Origin: Anaerolineae bacterium
GTDB taxonomy: Bacteria; Chloroflexota; Anaerolineae; S140-20
Length of the DNA stretch: 64,000 nt
Direction of reading: 5' to 3'
NCBI GenBank assembly: GCA_027021705.1
Contig: JALUTT010000056.1
Coordinates: forward strand, 64,001 to 128,000
The position numbers and the translations under genes are program-made. Shown in pieces: positions 29,166 through 38,600 of the stretch (position 1 is the first letter of the stretch; each line of letters opens with the position of its first letter). The notes below the pieces were generated by a model that worked only from the letters and a program-made list of their open reading frames with translations, made no database searches and was not told the origin of the DNA.

Positions 29166-31166
29166 GTCCTTTCCGTCCACGGTGATCATGCCCACGACGA
29201 CCTCATCCCCCACCCGGCTGCGGGCATCGGTGAAAGCGGCGAAGGGGGAGCCGCTGTCGTACCAGCCCACCAAGAGAGGGTAGCGCCCTGGAGCTACCTC
29301 ATCCGGCAGGAGGACCTCGAAGCGCTCCCGTACCCCTTGGCCCGGCTGCCACGCCGTCGTGGGGTACAGCGCCAGGGTGGGGAGGTGGACGATGCGGGCA
29401 TCGTCCACGCCCCCCAGCCGGCTCACCGCCAGCAGGGGAGGGCGATCGGCCAGAGAGCCTAGAGCGATCCAGTCGTAGCGCAGGCGGAACCGCCGCCCGC
29501 CCAGGGGCTCCACCTCTGCCCCCACCAACCCGATGGCCTCCCCAAAGCGGGCCTGAAGGGGGGAAGGATCGGCGGCAAACCACTCGACCTGCTGCCCCAG
29601 CGCCCGGCCGGCCGGTGGGTGGCGCTGGAAGAGGAGTAAGCCATCCCGGGCAGCCACCAGCCCGAAGGCCGGATCGCGCAGCAGCAGCGTGATGGCAGGC
29701 ACGTCGTACATCACGCCGCCGGCGATGTAGGCCCCCTTGACGGGAACGGCGTAGTCGAAGAGGGCATCGGGCAGCGCGTAGGCCACCTCATCCAGACGAC
29801 GGGCCAGACGCAGGGAGGCCGGGCTGGGGGGCTCGTCCCCATAGCGCACCAGGTAGAGGGTCGGGCGGTTGGTCAGGCGTGGGGCCAGAAAGGTGGAGAC
29901 CGCCAAGGGGAGGTCGGGAGGGACTTGGGCCGGCAGCCAGCGATCCTTAAGGGCATCGCGGGAGGTACGGCCATAGGCCCAGGGGTCAAGGCCCCGCCCG
30001 GGCACCCCCGTCCAGAAGAGGGGGCTGAGAGGGGTGTCCACGAGCCCCGCGTTGAAGAGGGCAACGATGGCCAGGGTCAGGAAGACCTGCCCCCGCCAGG
30101 GCGGGCGGGTTCTCCGCCGATCGGAGGCCTGAAGTGCCGGCCCCCTGACCAGGGCAGCGGCACCGTAGACAATGGCGGCCACCAGGAAGGGGACGGCCAG
30201 GGCGTAGTGGTGGTAGCGGTAGTCATAGACGGGGCCGGGGCCGGTGCTGAGGAGCACGGGGAGGGCGATGATGGCGGCCGGGAGGAACCAAGAGGGGGCG
30301 TGGCGTCCCAGCAGCAGGGCCGGGCCGAAGACTACGATGCCGTTCAGGAGCCGGTCGCCCACCGTGGCAGGCACCAACCGGTTCAGCGCCCCGAAGTAGA
30401 AGGTCAGCAGGTAGTCCAGGCCGGTGGGAGAGGGAGGAGGCATCTGGGCCGGGGCAAAGAGGGGCTGCACGACCAGGAGGGCCATCCCTGTCCAGGCCAG
30501 ACCGGCCAGGATGGTGATCCGGCCCATCCGGCGCTCGCCCCGCCATCCGATGACCACCCCCAGGGTGGTGACGACGATGCCCACGTAGAGCTTGCAGCTG
30601 AGGGCCAGGGCCAGCCAGAGGGCGTAGGGCCGCCAGGCCCGACGGTCGAGAGCCTCGATGGTCAGGAGCAGCAAGGGCATCGCCAGGGTGTCGCCGTGAA
30701 AATCGAAGAGCACAGCGGTCTGGGCAACAGGGTAGAGCAGGTAGCTCAGCATCAGCGCCCGAGCAGCGTTCCGGCTGCCGGTGTGGCGCAGGACCAGCCG
30801 GTAGACAGGCAACGCCCCCAACGTGAAGAGGGCCGCCTGGACCACCAGCAGGAGGCGGGGATCGGGCCAGAGCCGGTAGGGGAGGGCGAGGAGGAAGTAG
30901 ATCACCTCGACGTGGAGGGCAAGACGGCTGAGGTTACCTTCCGTAAAGGTGAACTCCAGGGGCCGCCCGTGACCGGCACTCCAGATCGCCTGAGCCATAT
31001 TGCCCAGATCGAACATCCCAACGTTGTAAGCCCCGTAGCGCATCAAGCTGAGGGTGGTCAGCATCCCCCCCACGACCAGTGCCATCACCAACGCCCACCC
31101 ATCCATTGGAGGCGGATGATGGCCCCTAACCCTCGCCGCCGGTCGGTCAACGGCCTGGCTCATCAT
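29160..31166 (-). CDS. DUF2079-like multi-TM membrane protein (putative GT-C glycosyltransferase) with C-terminal Ig-like domain
   Basis: FDLGNMAQAIW, H.E.I, LFDFHGDTLA and YRYHHY motifs. The stop codon lies inside the MITE TIR. Confidence 0.8.
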   Translation of the reverse strand: MMSQAVDRPAARVRGHHPPPMDGWALVMALVVGGMLTTLSLMRYGAYNVGMFDLGNMAQAIWSAGHGRPLEFTFTEGNLSRLALHVEVIYFLLALPYRLWPDPRLLLVVQAALFTLGALPVYRLVLRHTGSRNAARALMLSYLLYPVAQTAVLFDFHGDTLAMPLLLLTIEALDRRAWRPYALWLALALSCKLYVGIVVTTLGVVIGWRGERRMGRITILAGLAWTGMALLVVQPLFAPAQMPPPSPTGLDYLLTFYFGALNRLVPATVGDRLLNGIVVFGPALLLGRHAPSWFLPAAIIALPVLLSTGPGPVYDYRYHHYALAVPFLVAAIVYGAAALVRGPALQASDRRRTRPPWRGQVFLTLAIVALFNAGLVDTPLSPLFWTGVPGRGLDPWAYGRTSRDALKDRWLPAQVPPDLPLAVSTFLAPRLTNRPTLYLVRYGDEPPSPASLRLARRLDEVAYALPDALFDYAVPVKGAYIAGGVMYDVPAITLLLRDPAFGLVAARDGLLLFQRHPPAGRALGQQVEWFAADPSPLQARFGEAIGLVGAEVEPLGGRRFRLRYDWIALGSLADRPPLLAVSRLGGVDDARIVHLPTLALYPTTAWQPGQGVRERFEVLLPDEVAPGRYPLLVGWYDSGSPFAAFTDARSRVGDEVVVGMITVDGKDR

Positions 31167-32178
31167 CCTCTTCGATCACCACTGACTCCTCCTCGAAGAG
31201 AAGCCCACAGGTCGGACAGATGACGTCGTCGGGTAGGAGCTCAGCACCGCACTGGGGGCAGACCAGGACCAGGTCCGCTCCGCAGAGGGCGCAGCGGGTC
31301 TCCGCCTCCTGCACCGGGGCACCGCAGAGCGGGCAGAGGGGCTGACCGCAAGCCTCACATTCCGGGGATTCCGGAGGGACGGGGACGCTGCAGCGGGGGC
31401 AGTGCTGTCCCAAGGCACCGCCACAGCGGGGGCAGGCCGTCTCCTCAGGGAACACCTGCAGGTAGCAGTGAGGGCAGAGGGGATCACCGCAGCGCGGGCA
31501 TCGTCCCTGCTGGGGGAAGAAGCTGGTCCCGCAGCCCGGGCAGATGACCCAGGAGACAGCGGTACCGTCCACCTCCTGGGTGACCTGGGCGGCCACAGGA
31601 CGGCGCAGGAGGGGGATCGGTGTTCCGCACTCCGGGCAGCGCTCCGGGCTGCCAAAGAGGAGGGTTCCACAGGCGGGGCAGTGGCGGACGAAGAGTAGCC
31701 CACACTCCGGGCAGGCTTCGGCGGTGGCGAGGAGCTCAAAGTCGCAATCGGGGCAGGGGAAGGTGAGGGTCAGGCCGCAGTTGAAGCAGCGCCGCTCCTC
31801 TTCCCGCACGGCTGCGCCGCAGCCGGGGCAGAGGAGCTGACCGCAGGCCAAACAGTGCCCATCGCTGAGGGTGACGGCCGAGCCGCAGTGGGGGCAGACC
31901 GGCCCTTCCTCCCCCTCTGCCTCTTCCTCTTCGTCGGTACCCACCTCCAGGGGGTGGCATCGGGGGCAGGCGGGCAGGCCGGCGGGGATAGGCTGCTCGC
32001 AGGTGGGGCAGAGGAAGAGCAGGGCGGTGCCGCAGGCGGGGCAGCGGGGTTCCGTCCGACCTAAGGGGATGCCGCAGTGGGCACAGCGCAGACCCAGACA
32101 GTGGGTGCAGATGCTTGCCCGGGCCGAGATCTCTTCGCCGCAGTGAGGGCAGGGAACAGTCGAGCGTCGGAAGATCAT
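31147..32178 (-). CDS. Poly-zinc-ribbon protein (24 CxxC motifs)
   Basis: ATG at 32178 overlaps the upstream stop (ATGA). Twelve CxxC-x10-CxxC units in 343 aa. Confidence 0.85.
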   Translation of the reverse strand: MIFRRSTVPCPHCGEEISARASICTHCLGLRCAHCGIPLGRTEPRCPACGTALLFLCPTCEQPIPAGLPACPRCHPLEVGTDEEEEAEGEEGPVCPHCGSAVTLSDGHCLACGQLLCPGCGAAVREEERRCFNCGLTLTFPCPDCDFELLATAEACPECGLLFVRHCPACGTLLFGSPERCPECGTPIPLLRRPVAAQVTQEVDGTAVSWVICPGCGTSFFPQQGRCPRCGDPLCPHCYLQVFPEETACPRCGGALGQHCPRCSVPVPPESPECEACGQPLCPLCGAPVQEAETRCALCGADLVLVCPQCGAELLPDDVICPTCGLLFEEESVVIEEDDEPGR

Positions 32179-34499
32179 CCCGTCCCTCGCCATCGTTGGA
32201 AGACCGTCGGCAGGTAGAGCCGGACCAAGGTAGCGGAAGGGGGCGGACGCCGGTAGTAGCCCGTCCCCGGTGAGGCGAGCCAGAGGGTGTGAGGGGGGGT
32301 GGGCTCCACGGCGATGGCGTTGGCGAAGGGCCACGCCAGCCCCTCGTTGAAGGCGATCCACGTCTGTCCGCCGTCGGCGCTGAAGAGGACACCGTGGGAG
32401 GCGGGGTCGTATCCGCCGGCGTAGAGGGCACTGCTGGAAGCGATGAGGAGTTGGTCGGGGTCGGTGGGGAAGGGGACCACATCGCGCAAGAAGTCGTCCG
32501 TCCACAGCTTCCTCCAGGTCGCGCCCCCATCCCGGCTGCGGTACAGCCCTTTCCCCGGTCCGAAGACGGCCACGTAAACCCATCCTGAGCGGACCGGGTC
32601 GGGCCGAATGGCGGCCACGCCCTCCCAATCGCTTTCCCAGAAGCCGGTGCCGGGCGTGCCCACCATAGCCGGCGGACCGATGGGGTCCCACGATCCGGGA
32701 GCGCCACCCTGAGAGGACCGCCAGAGGCCCGCTTCACCGCCGGCGTAAACCAGACGGCCGTCCTGAGGGTCCACGGCGGTGTAACGGCAGCCGTTGCAGT
32801 CCAAGACCAAGCTCCAACTCTCTCCATCGTCCCGGCTGCGGTAGACGTCGCCGTCCACAGTGATGAAGAGGGTGCGGGTGTCAGAGGGGCTGGTGGGGTC
32901 CACGCTCAGGCCGGCGGGGATGCCGTCGGGGAGGCCGTCGTTGGCCGGCCGCCAGGTTGCGCCATAATCGTCGCTGCGCAGCAGGGTGTGCCTGCTCTCC
33001 TCGATCTCGTTCGCCTGGGTGATCCAGACCACGTTGGGGCGGGTAGGGTCGGTGGCAACGGTCATGCTATTGCCGCCGTAGCCGTTCCAGGTCCCCACGT
33101 AGTCAGGGTCGTTGCAGTTCTGCCAACTCGCGCCGCCGTCATCGCTGCGGAAGCAGCCCAGGTCGGGCATCGCCAGGTAGACGTGGGTGGCGTCGGCGCT
33201 GATGGCCAGGCCGAAGGTCACGATGTTGTCCACCCCCCGGGATCTCCACCGGCCCGGCGCGACCTCGTCGGTGTAGAGGGGAGCGAAGGTGCGCCCGTCG
33301 TCCCGGCTGGCCCAGAGGAACTGGCTGTCGGCCCACAGGAGTGCATCGGGGTCCGACGGGTCCACCCCCAGGGTCTTGGCATCGCCGTTGAAACTGATGC
33401 CGTAGGCGTGGTCCTCGTCCGTCCAGCCCACCTCCCAGTCGCTCTTGTCGCCGATGAGGTTCCAGTGGACGCCGCCATCGGTGGATTCCCACAGCGCGGG
33501 GTAGTCCATAGCGATGAGGCGGATGGCCCGTTGGTCGTCGGCGTCCAGCCAGATCAGCCAGTTGCCGGCTTCCAGGTTGTCTCCGTTGGTCAGCTGCTCC
33601 CACGTCCAGTGGCCGTCGAAGGTGCCTCGGTAGAGGTACCCCCCTTGGGGGTCGTCGTAAACGCAGGTGTAGCCAGGGTCCCACACGTCGCCGTAGGTGG
33701 TCAGGTAAAGGGTATTGGCATCGTTGGGATCCAGGGCAACGTCGGCGATCTGCCCCAGGTGGGTGGCGATGGGAGTCCAGTGGACGCCGCCATCGGTGCT
33801 CTCGTAGAGGGCGGCCGGACCACAGGCGAAGCGGCCCTCCCCGGCCAGCAGGTAGAGGACCTCTTCGTCTTCCCAGTCCACGATCAGCCGGAGGATGTGC
33901 AGGCCGCCGGGCAGGGTATCGTCGCTGACGCGCTCCCAGCTCAGACCCCGGTCGGTGGTCCTGTAGACCACGCCGTCAGCGATGTTGTGCTGCGAGTGGT
34001 AGGCTGCGTAGCCCACCCGAGGGTTGCTGGGAGCGACGGCGATGTCAGTGATATAGCCGTGATCCAGGACGGGTTCGAAAGTGTCGCCGTAGTCGTCGCT
34101 GCGGAAGATGCCCATCTCGGTGCCCAGGTAGAGGATGGCCGGGTCGTCGGGATCGAAGCCGAGGCCGCTGACATGGGTGGAGGTCAGGCCACGGAAGGAG
34201 CCGATGACATCCCAGCTCTTCCCACCGTCGCGGGAGCGGTAGGCCCCGCTCAGGTCGCTGGCAGCCAGGATGATCCCGGTCGGTCCGGCCCCGATGGTGG
34301 AGAAAGCACCGCCCCCGCCGGGGTTGGTCCGCTGCCACCGGGAGGGGGGAAGGGAGGGGAGGGAGGGCCGGGTCGGCGCGGTGAGAGGAGGGACGGTCAG
34401 GGCGATGGTGGGGGAGCCCAGGTTCGGCCTCCCACAGGCAAAGAGGAAGACGAGGAGGAAGAGCAGAGCTGGACAGGCCCTGGACTTTGGCGACTTCAT
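32175..34499 (-). CDS. Secreted/lipoprotein BNR (Asp-box) repeat beta-propeller, GH74/VPS10-like
   Basis: Lipobox LFAC, many S.DGG.(S/T)W Asp-boxes and a C-terminal LYLPTV tail. Confidence 0.85.
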   Translation of the reverse strand: MKSPKSRACPALLFLLVFLFACGRPNLGSPTIALTVPPLTAPTRPSLPSLPPSRWQRTNPGGGGAFSTIGAGPTGIILAASDLSGAYRSRDGGKSWDVIGSFRGLTSTHVSGLGFDPDDPAILYLGTEMGIFRSDDYGDTFEPVLDHGYITDIAVAPSNPRVGYAAYHSQHNIADGVVYRTTDRGLSWERVSDDTLPGGLHILRLIVDWEDEEVLYLLAGEGRFACGPAALYESTDGGVHWTPIATHLGQIADVALDPNDANTLYLTTYGDVWDPGYTCVYDDPQGGYLYRGTFDGHWTWEQLTNGDNLEAGNWLIWLDADDQRAIRLIAMDYPALWESTDGGVHWNLIGDKSDWEVGWTDEDHAYGISFNGDAKTLGVDPSDPDALLWADSQFLWASRDDGRTFAPLYTDEVAPGRWRSRGVDNIVTFGLAISADATHVYLAMPDLGCFRSDDGGASWQNCNDPDYVGTWNGYGGNSMTVATDPTRPNVVWITQANEIEESRHTLLRSDDYGATWRPANDGLPDGIPAGLSVDPTSPSDTRTLFITVDGDVYRSRDDGESWSLVLDCNGCRYTAVDPQDGRLVYAGGEAGLWRSSQGGAPGSWDPIGPPAMVGTPGTGFWESDWEGVAAIRPDPVRSGWVYVAVFGPGKGLYRSRDGGATWRKLWTDDFLRDVVPFPTDPDQLLIASSSALYAGGYDPASHGVLFSADGGQTWIAFNEGLAWPFANAIAVEPTPPHTLWLASPGTGYYRRPPPSATLVRLYLPTVFQRWRGTG

Positions 34500-34554
34500 C
34501 GGCTACAATCCCGGTGTTGTTGAGCAGTCACCACATCGGCAGGAGGTTCATCCG

Positions 34555-35526
34555 ATGAAACAAGTATACCACGACCGTTCGGGTTCGGACAAGGCCCCCT
34601 CCCCCAACGATCCCTCCGTGGCGGTTTTCGGCAACGTGACCCTCGACGTCATCTGCTTCCCGGTCAACGATGTCCCTCGCTACGAGTCCATCGCCTTCGA
34701 GCGGGCCGTCATTTCACCGGGCGGCTGTGCCTCCAACACCGCCATCGGCCTGGCAGCGCTGGGCGTCCCGACGCTGCTGGTGGCCCGCGTCGGCGATGAC
34801 GAGGCCGGAGAGATGGCCCAGCGCTACTGGCAACGGGCCGGGGTCGAGACCCGCTTCGTCCGCCGCGTCGCCGATGTGGGGACGGCGGTCAGCGTGGGGC
34901 TGGTGGACAGGGAGTTCCAGCCCCGCTTCGTACACACGCCGGGGGCCAACGCAGGTCTCACGGTGGACGACCTGGACCTGCCCACCCTCGCGGAGGCCGG
35001 CGTCCGCTGGCTCCACGTGGCTGGCTACTTTGTGCTGCCGGGGCTGCTGGATGGGCGGCTGGCCGACGCCTTGGCCCAGGCCCATTCCCTGGGGATGCGC
35101 ACCTCCCTAGACGTGGTGCGGAACATACGCATGGACGACCCCCAGGCGCGGGCTGTCTTCTGGTCTTGCCTGCCCCACTTGGATGTCTGGATGGGTAACG
35201 CCCACGAAGCCCAACGCCTGACGGGGACGGAGGACCCGGTGGCGGCGGCCCAGGCCCTGCGGGCCGGCGGGGTGCGCCTCGTCCTTGTCAAGCTAGGGGC
35301 AGCGGGCTGCCGCGCCGAGGGTGAGGGCTTCCAAGGTGTCGTCCCGGCACCTCGGGTGGATGTCGTGGACACCACCGGGGCGGGCGACGCCTTCGCCGCC
35401 GGCTTCATCGCCGCGACGCTGCGCGGCGCCGATGTGGAGGCGGCCTGCCGGGCGGGCAACGAGGCCGGTGCCCGGGTGGTGGGCCGACTGGGGCCGGTAG
35501 CCGCCTGGTTCGACGGCATGGCGTGA
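34555..35526 (+). CDS. PfkB-family carbohydrate kinase
   Basis: PGGCASNTA and VDTTGAGDAF. ATG at 34555 after AGGAGG. Confidence 0.92.
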   Translation: MKQVYHDRSGSDKAPSPNDPSVAVFGNVTLDVICFPVNDVPRYESIAFERAVISPGGCASNTAIGLAALGVPTLLVARVGDDEAGEMAQRYWQRAGVETRFVRRVADVGTAVSVGLVDREFQPRFVHTPGANAGLTVDDLDLPTLAEAGVRWLHVAGYFVLPGLLDGRLADALAQAHSLGMRTSLDVVRNIRMDDPQARAVFWSCLPHLDVWMGNAHEAQRLTGTEDPVAAAQALRAGGVRLVLVKLGAAGCRAEGEGFQGVVPAPRVDVVDTTGAGDAFAAGFIAATLRGADVEAACRAGNEAGARVVGRLGPVAAWFDGMA

Positions 35527-35689
35527 TGGGTTCCCCTTGAGCACCGAAAAGCTCCAACCCTCAGAGGGTCATTGCGCAAATTCGCTTTTGGTGGTAGGAT
35601 AGGGGAAGGAATTCGGAGCTTCAACTCCAAATTTGTTCGAGGTTCGTTGGCCGGTTCTCTCCCGTTTCTTAGCAGGAAGGAGAAGGCAA

Positions 35690-38600
35690 ATGCAGCGAGA
35701 CCGATCGGTAAAACGTTCTGCCGGACCTCGTGCTCCTCTTAGGCAGCCTCTGTACGGAGGTCTGGCCCTCTTGATGTTGATCCTGGGAGTGGTGGGTCTG
35801 ACGAGCGCCGCCAGCAAACCGAGCTTCCTCACCGAGAGCACTTCCAACGTCTCGGCCGGCACCAAGACCTACCGCATCTGGTACACCACCGACTGCAACG
35901 GCGGTGCCGACTGCGAATGCGACACCGCCCTGGACACGGATACCAGCGACCCACCTGACGGTACTCCCGACCAGGACTCCCCCAACGATTGCATCGCCAC
36001 CGTGGACAGCGATTCGGACGGTGTCTTCGACACCGGCCCCGACGATGACAGCGACGGTGTGCTGAACGTGGTGGACCTGGACTGGTTCGGGGGCGGGACC
36101 GGTGTCGTGGAGAGCGTGCCCCGCAACGTGCAGCGCACCATCGCCCGGTACGTCAACGACTGGGGCCTCAAAGAGCCCAAGTGGGACCGGGATACGAACC
36201 GCAACATCTACATCTACGACATCGCAGCCCTAGGCATCTCCTATGGCGATGGGAGTGGAGAGGAACTGGACACCGAGTGGATGCTGACCCAGGCACCCGA
36301 GCCCCGGGGCACCGTGCTGCACGAGCTCTGGCACAACACCCAGTTCGCCTACGGCGTCAGTGCCGGAAAGTGGTTGGTGGAGGGCCAGGCCCGGATGCTC
36401 CAGGACAAGGTCTTCGACGACCTGGACAACCGGGTGGGCAGTCGCTACCACAACTCGGTGGCGGCCTACCTGGGCAACCCCACCTACGTCATCAGGGAAG
36501 ACCGGGATGACGACGGCACGGGAGAGTTCGCCCAGGCCAAGGGGCTGCTGGGGGCCAGCTACAACGCCTCCCTCTGGTGGACTTACGTCGCCGAGCAAGC
36601 GGGCACCCTGTACACCGGCACGGCCGGTGAGGGGATGGACGCCCTGGAGGCGGTGTTGAAGCAAGCCGACGACCACGGTCGCCAAGGGGTGGATGCCGTG
36701 GACCGGGTGCTGCGCGACCGCCTGGGCCGGGGCTTCGACGACACCTTCTGGGACTTCACCATCGCCAACTACGCCAAGGAGTTCGACCTGAGCCTGCTGG
36801 ACCACAGCTACCTGGACGGTCGGGACCCGGAGCGAGTGCTCACCTACCGGGATGAGAAGCGCACCCCTCCTGACCAACTGATCTACCGCTACAACGACCC
36901 CACCTTGGGGTGGGTCAACGGTCCGAAGCGGCAGCGCTTCACCGGTACCACGCTCTTCAGCGGGGCCAACGGCCGCGTAGACGCGATGGACCCGGAGGTC
37001 AACGACCCCGATGCGATGTCGGCCTACGGGGCCAAGTACTACGAGGCCGAGGTCAACGCCGATTGCCTCCTCATCTACTGGCGGGTCCTCGGCGATCCGG
37101 GAGCCCGTTTCATGCACTCCTGGATGATGATCCAAGAGGATTCCAACGGTGACGGCTCTGAGGAGATCATCACGCTGTTGCGCAGCGAGGGGGAGGACTT
37201 CGCCCGGGCGGCTTGGATTCCCCGCCGGAGCACCGGCCTGCCCCAGTACACCCGGATGGTGGCCATCGTCGCCACCGGCAGCCGGGCTTACGGCTACAAC
37301 TGGGAACTGGGCTGTACCCAGCCCAGCGTTAACATCGTCTCGCCGACGACGGCCAATCCGGCCTACGTGGGGGACCCCGGCGAACCCGGGCGCTTCCTGC
37401 TCTGGCTGGAGGTGACGGGGGCGGCGGGCACCAGCACCTACGTGGCCGGGCTGGAGTGGAGCCGCGACTTCACCGTCACCGTGGGGACCGATGTCGCCCA
37501 GATCCTCAACGGGGGCTACGTGCAGAACCAGTACTGGCTGGTGGTCCAGGCCCCCACCAAGCCCGGTGCCAGCCTCGGCGACAAGTTCGATGTCACCGTG
37601 CAACTGGGACCCAGCACCAGCACCTCCGACACGGAGGTCCAGGCCGTCGTCTACGACCTGCGGACCAGCGATCAGGTCCTGGTGGTGGACGCCAGCGGCA
37701 GCATGGGGTACAACGACAAGCTGGTCTCCGCCAAAGCCGCGGCCCGCCTCTTCGCCGACGTCAAGCAGCAGTTCGACCAATTGGGTGTGGTCAGCTTCAG
37801 CACGGATGCCACCCAGGAGTTCCCCCTGACGGTGGTGCCGGACCAAGATGATGCGGCCGGTGTGCGGGCCAGCGCCCAGACGGCCATTAACGGGATCACG
37901 GAGAAGACCACCACCTCCATCGGCGACGGCCTGCAGATGGGCCAGAGCATGTTGGCTGCCAGCGGCAGCCCCGATCACCAGTGGGTGATGGTGCTGCTCA
38001 GCGACGGGATGGAGAACGAGCCCCTCTACTGGAGCAACGTCCGAGCCAGCATCGTCGCCTCCGGGACGAAGGTACACGCCATCGCTTTAGGGCGGGACGC
38101 CGACGAGGAGCTGATGCGGGAGATCGCCGAGGCCACCTGCGGCTCCGTCTGGGTGGACCAGTGCTACCACTACATCGAGGAAAGCGGGGTCCTGACGACG
38201 ACGGGGATGAGCACCGCTGCCGTCAGCAACCTGCCCAACGCCCTGGCCGACATCTACCGGCGGGCCGAGGAGACCATCGCCGGTCACCAACGGCTCTGGC
38301 AGGGGGGTGGCACACTCAGCGGCAGCCAGTCCATCCCCGTGACCATCGCCGAGGATGGCGTGCGGAACGCCTTCTTCAGCTTCCACTGGAACGATTCGAC
38401 GGCCCCCTTGAACGTGAGCATCACCGGCCCCGGGGGGGTCTCCTTCATCCAGCTTAGCGATGGCAAGAACCACCAGGTCTTCTACGCCGATAAATTGCCG
38501 CCGGGCACCTACACCCTTCACCTCTCCGCGCCCGGCGGGGCCACCACCTGGATCGGCAGCCTCTCCGGTCGGATGGTCTACGGCACCGAGATGTACGCCT

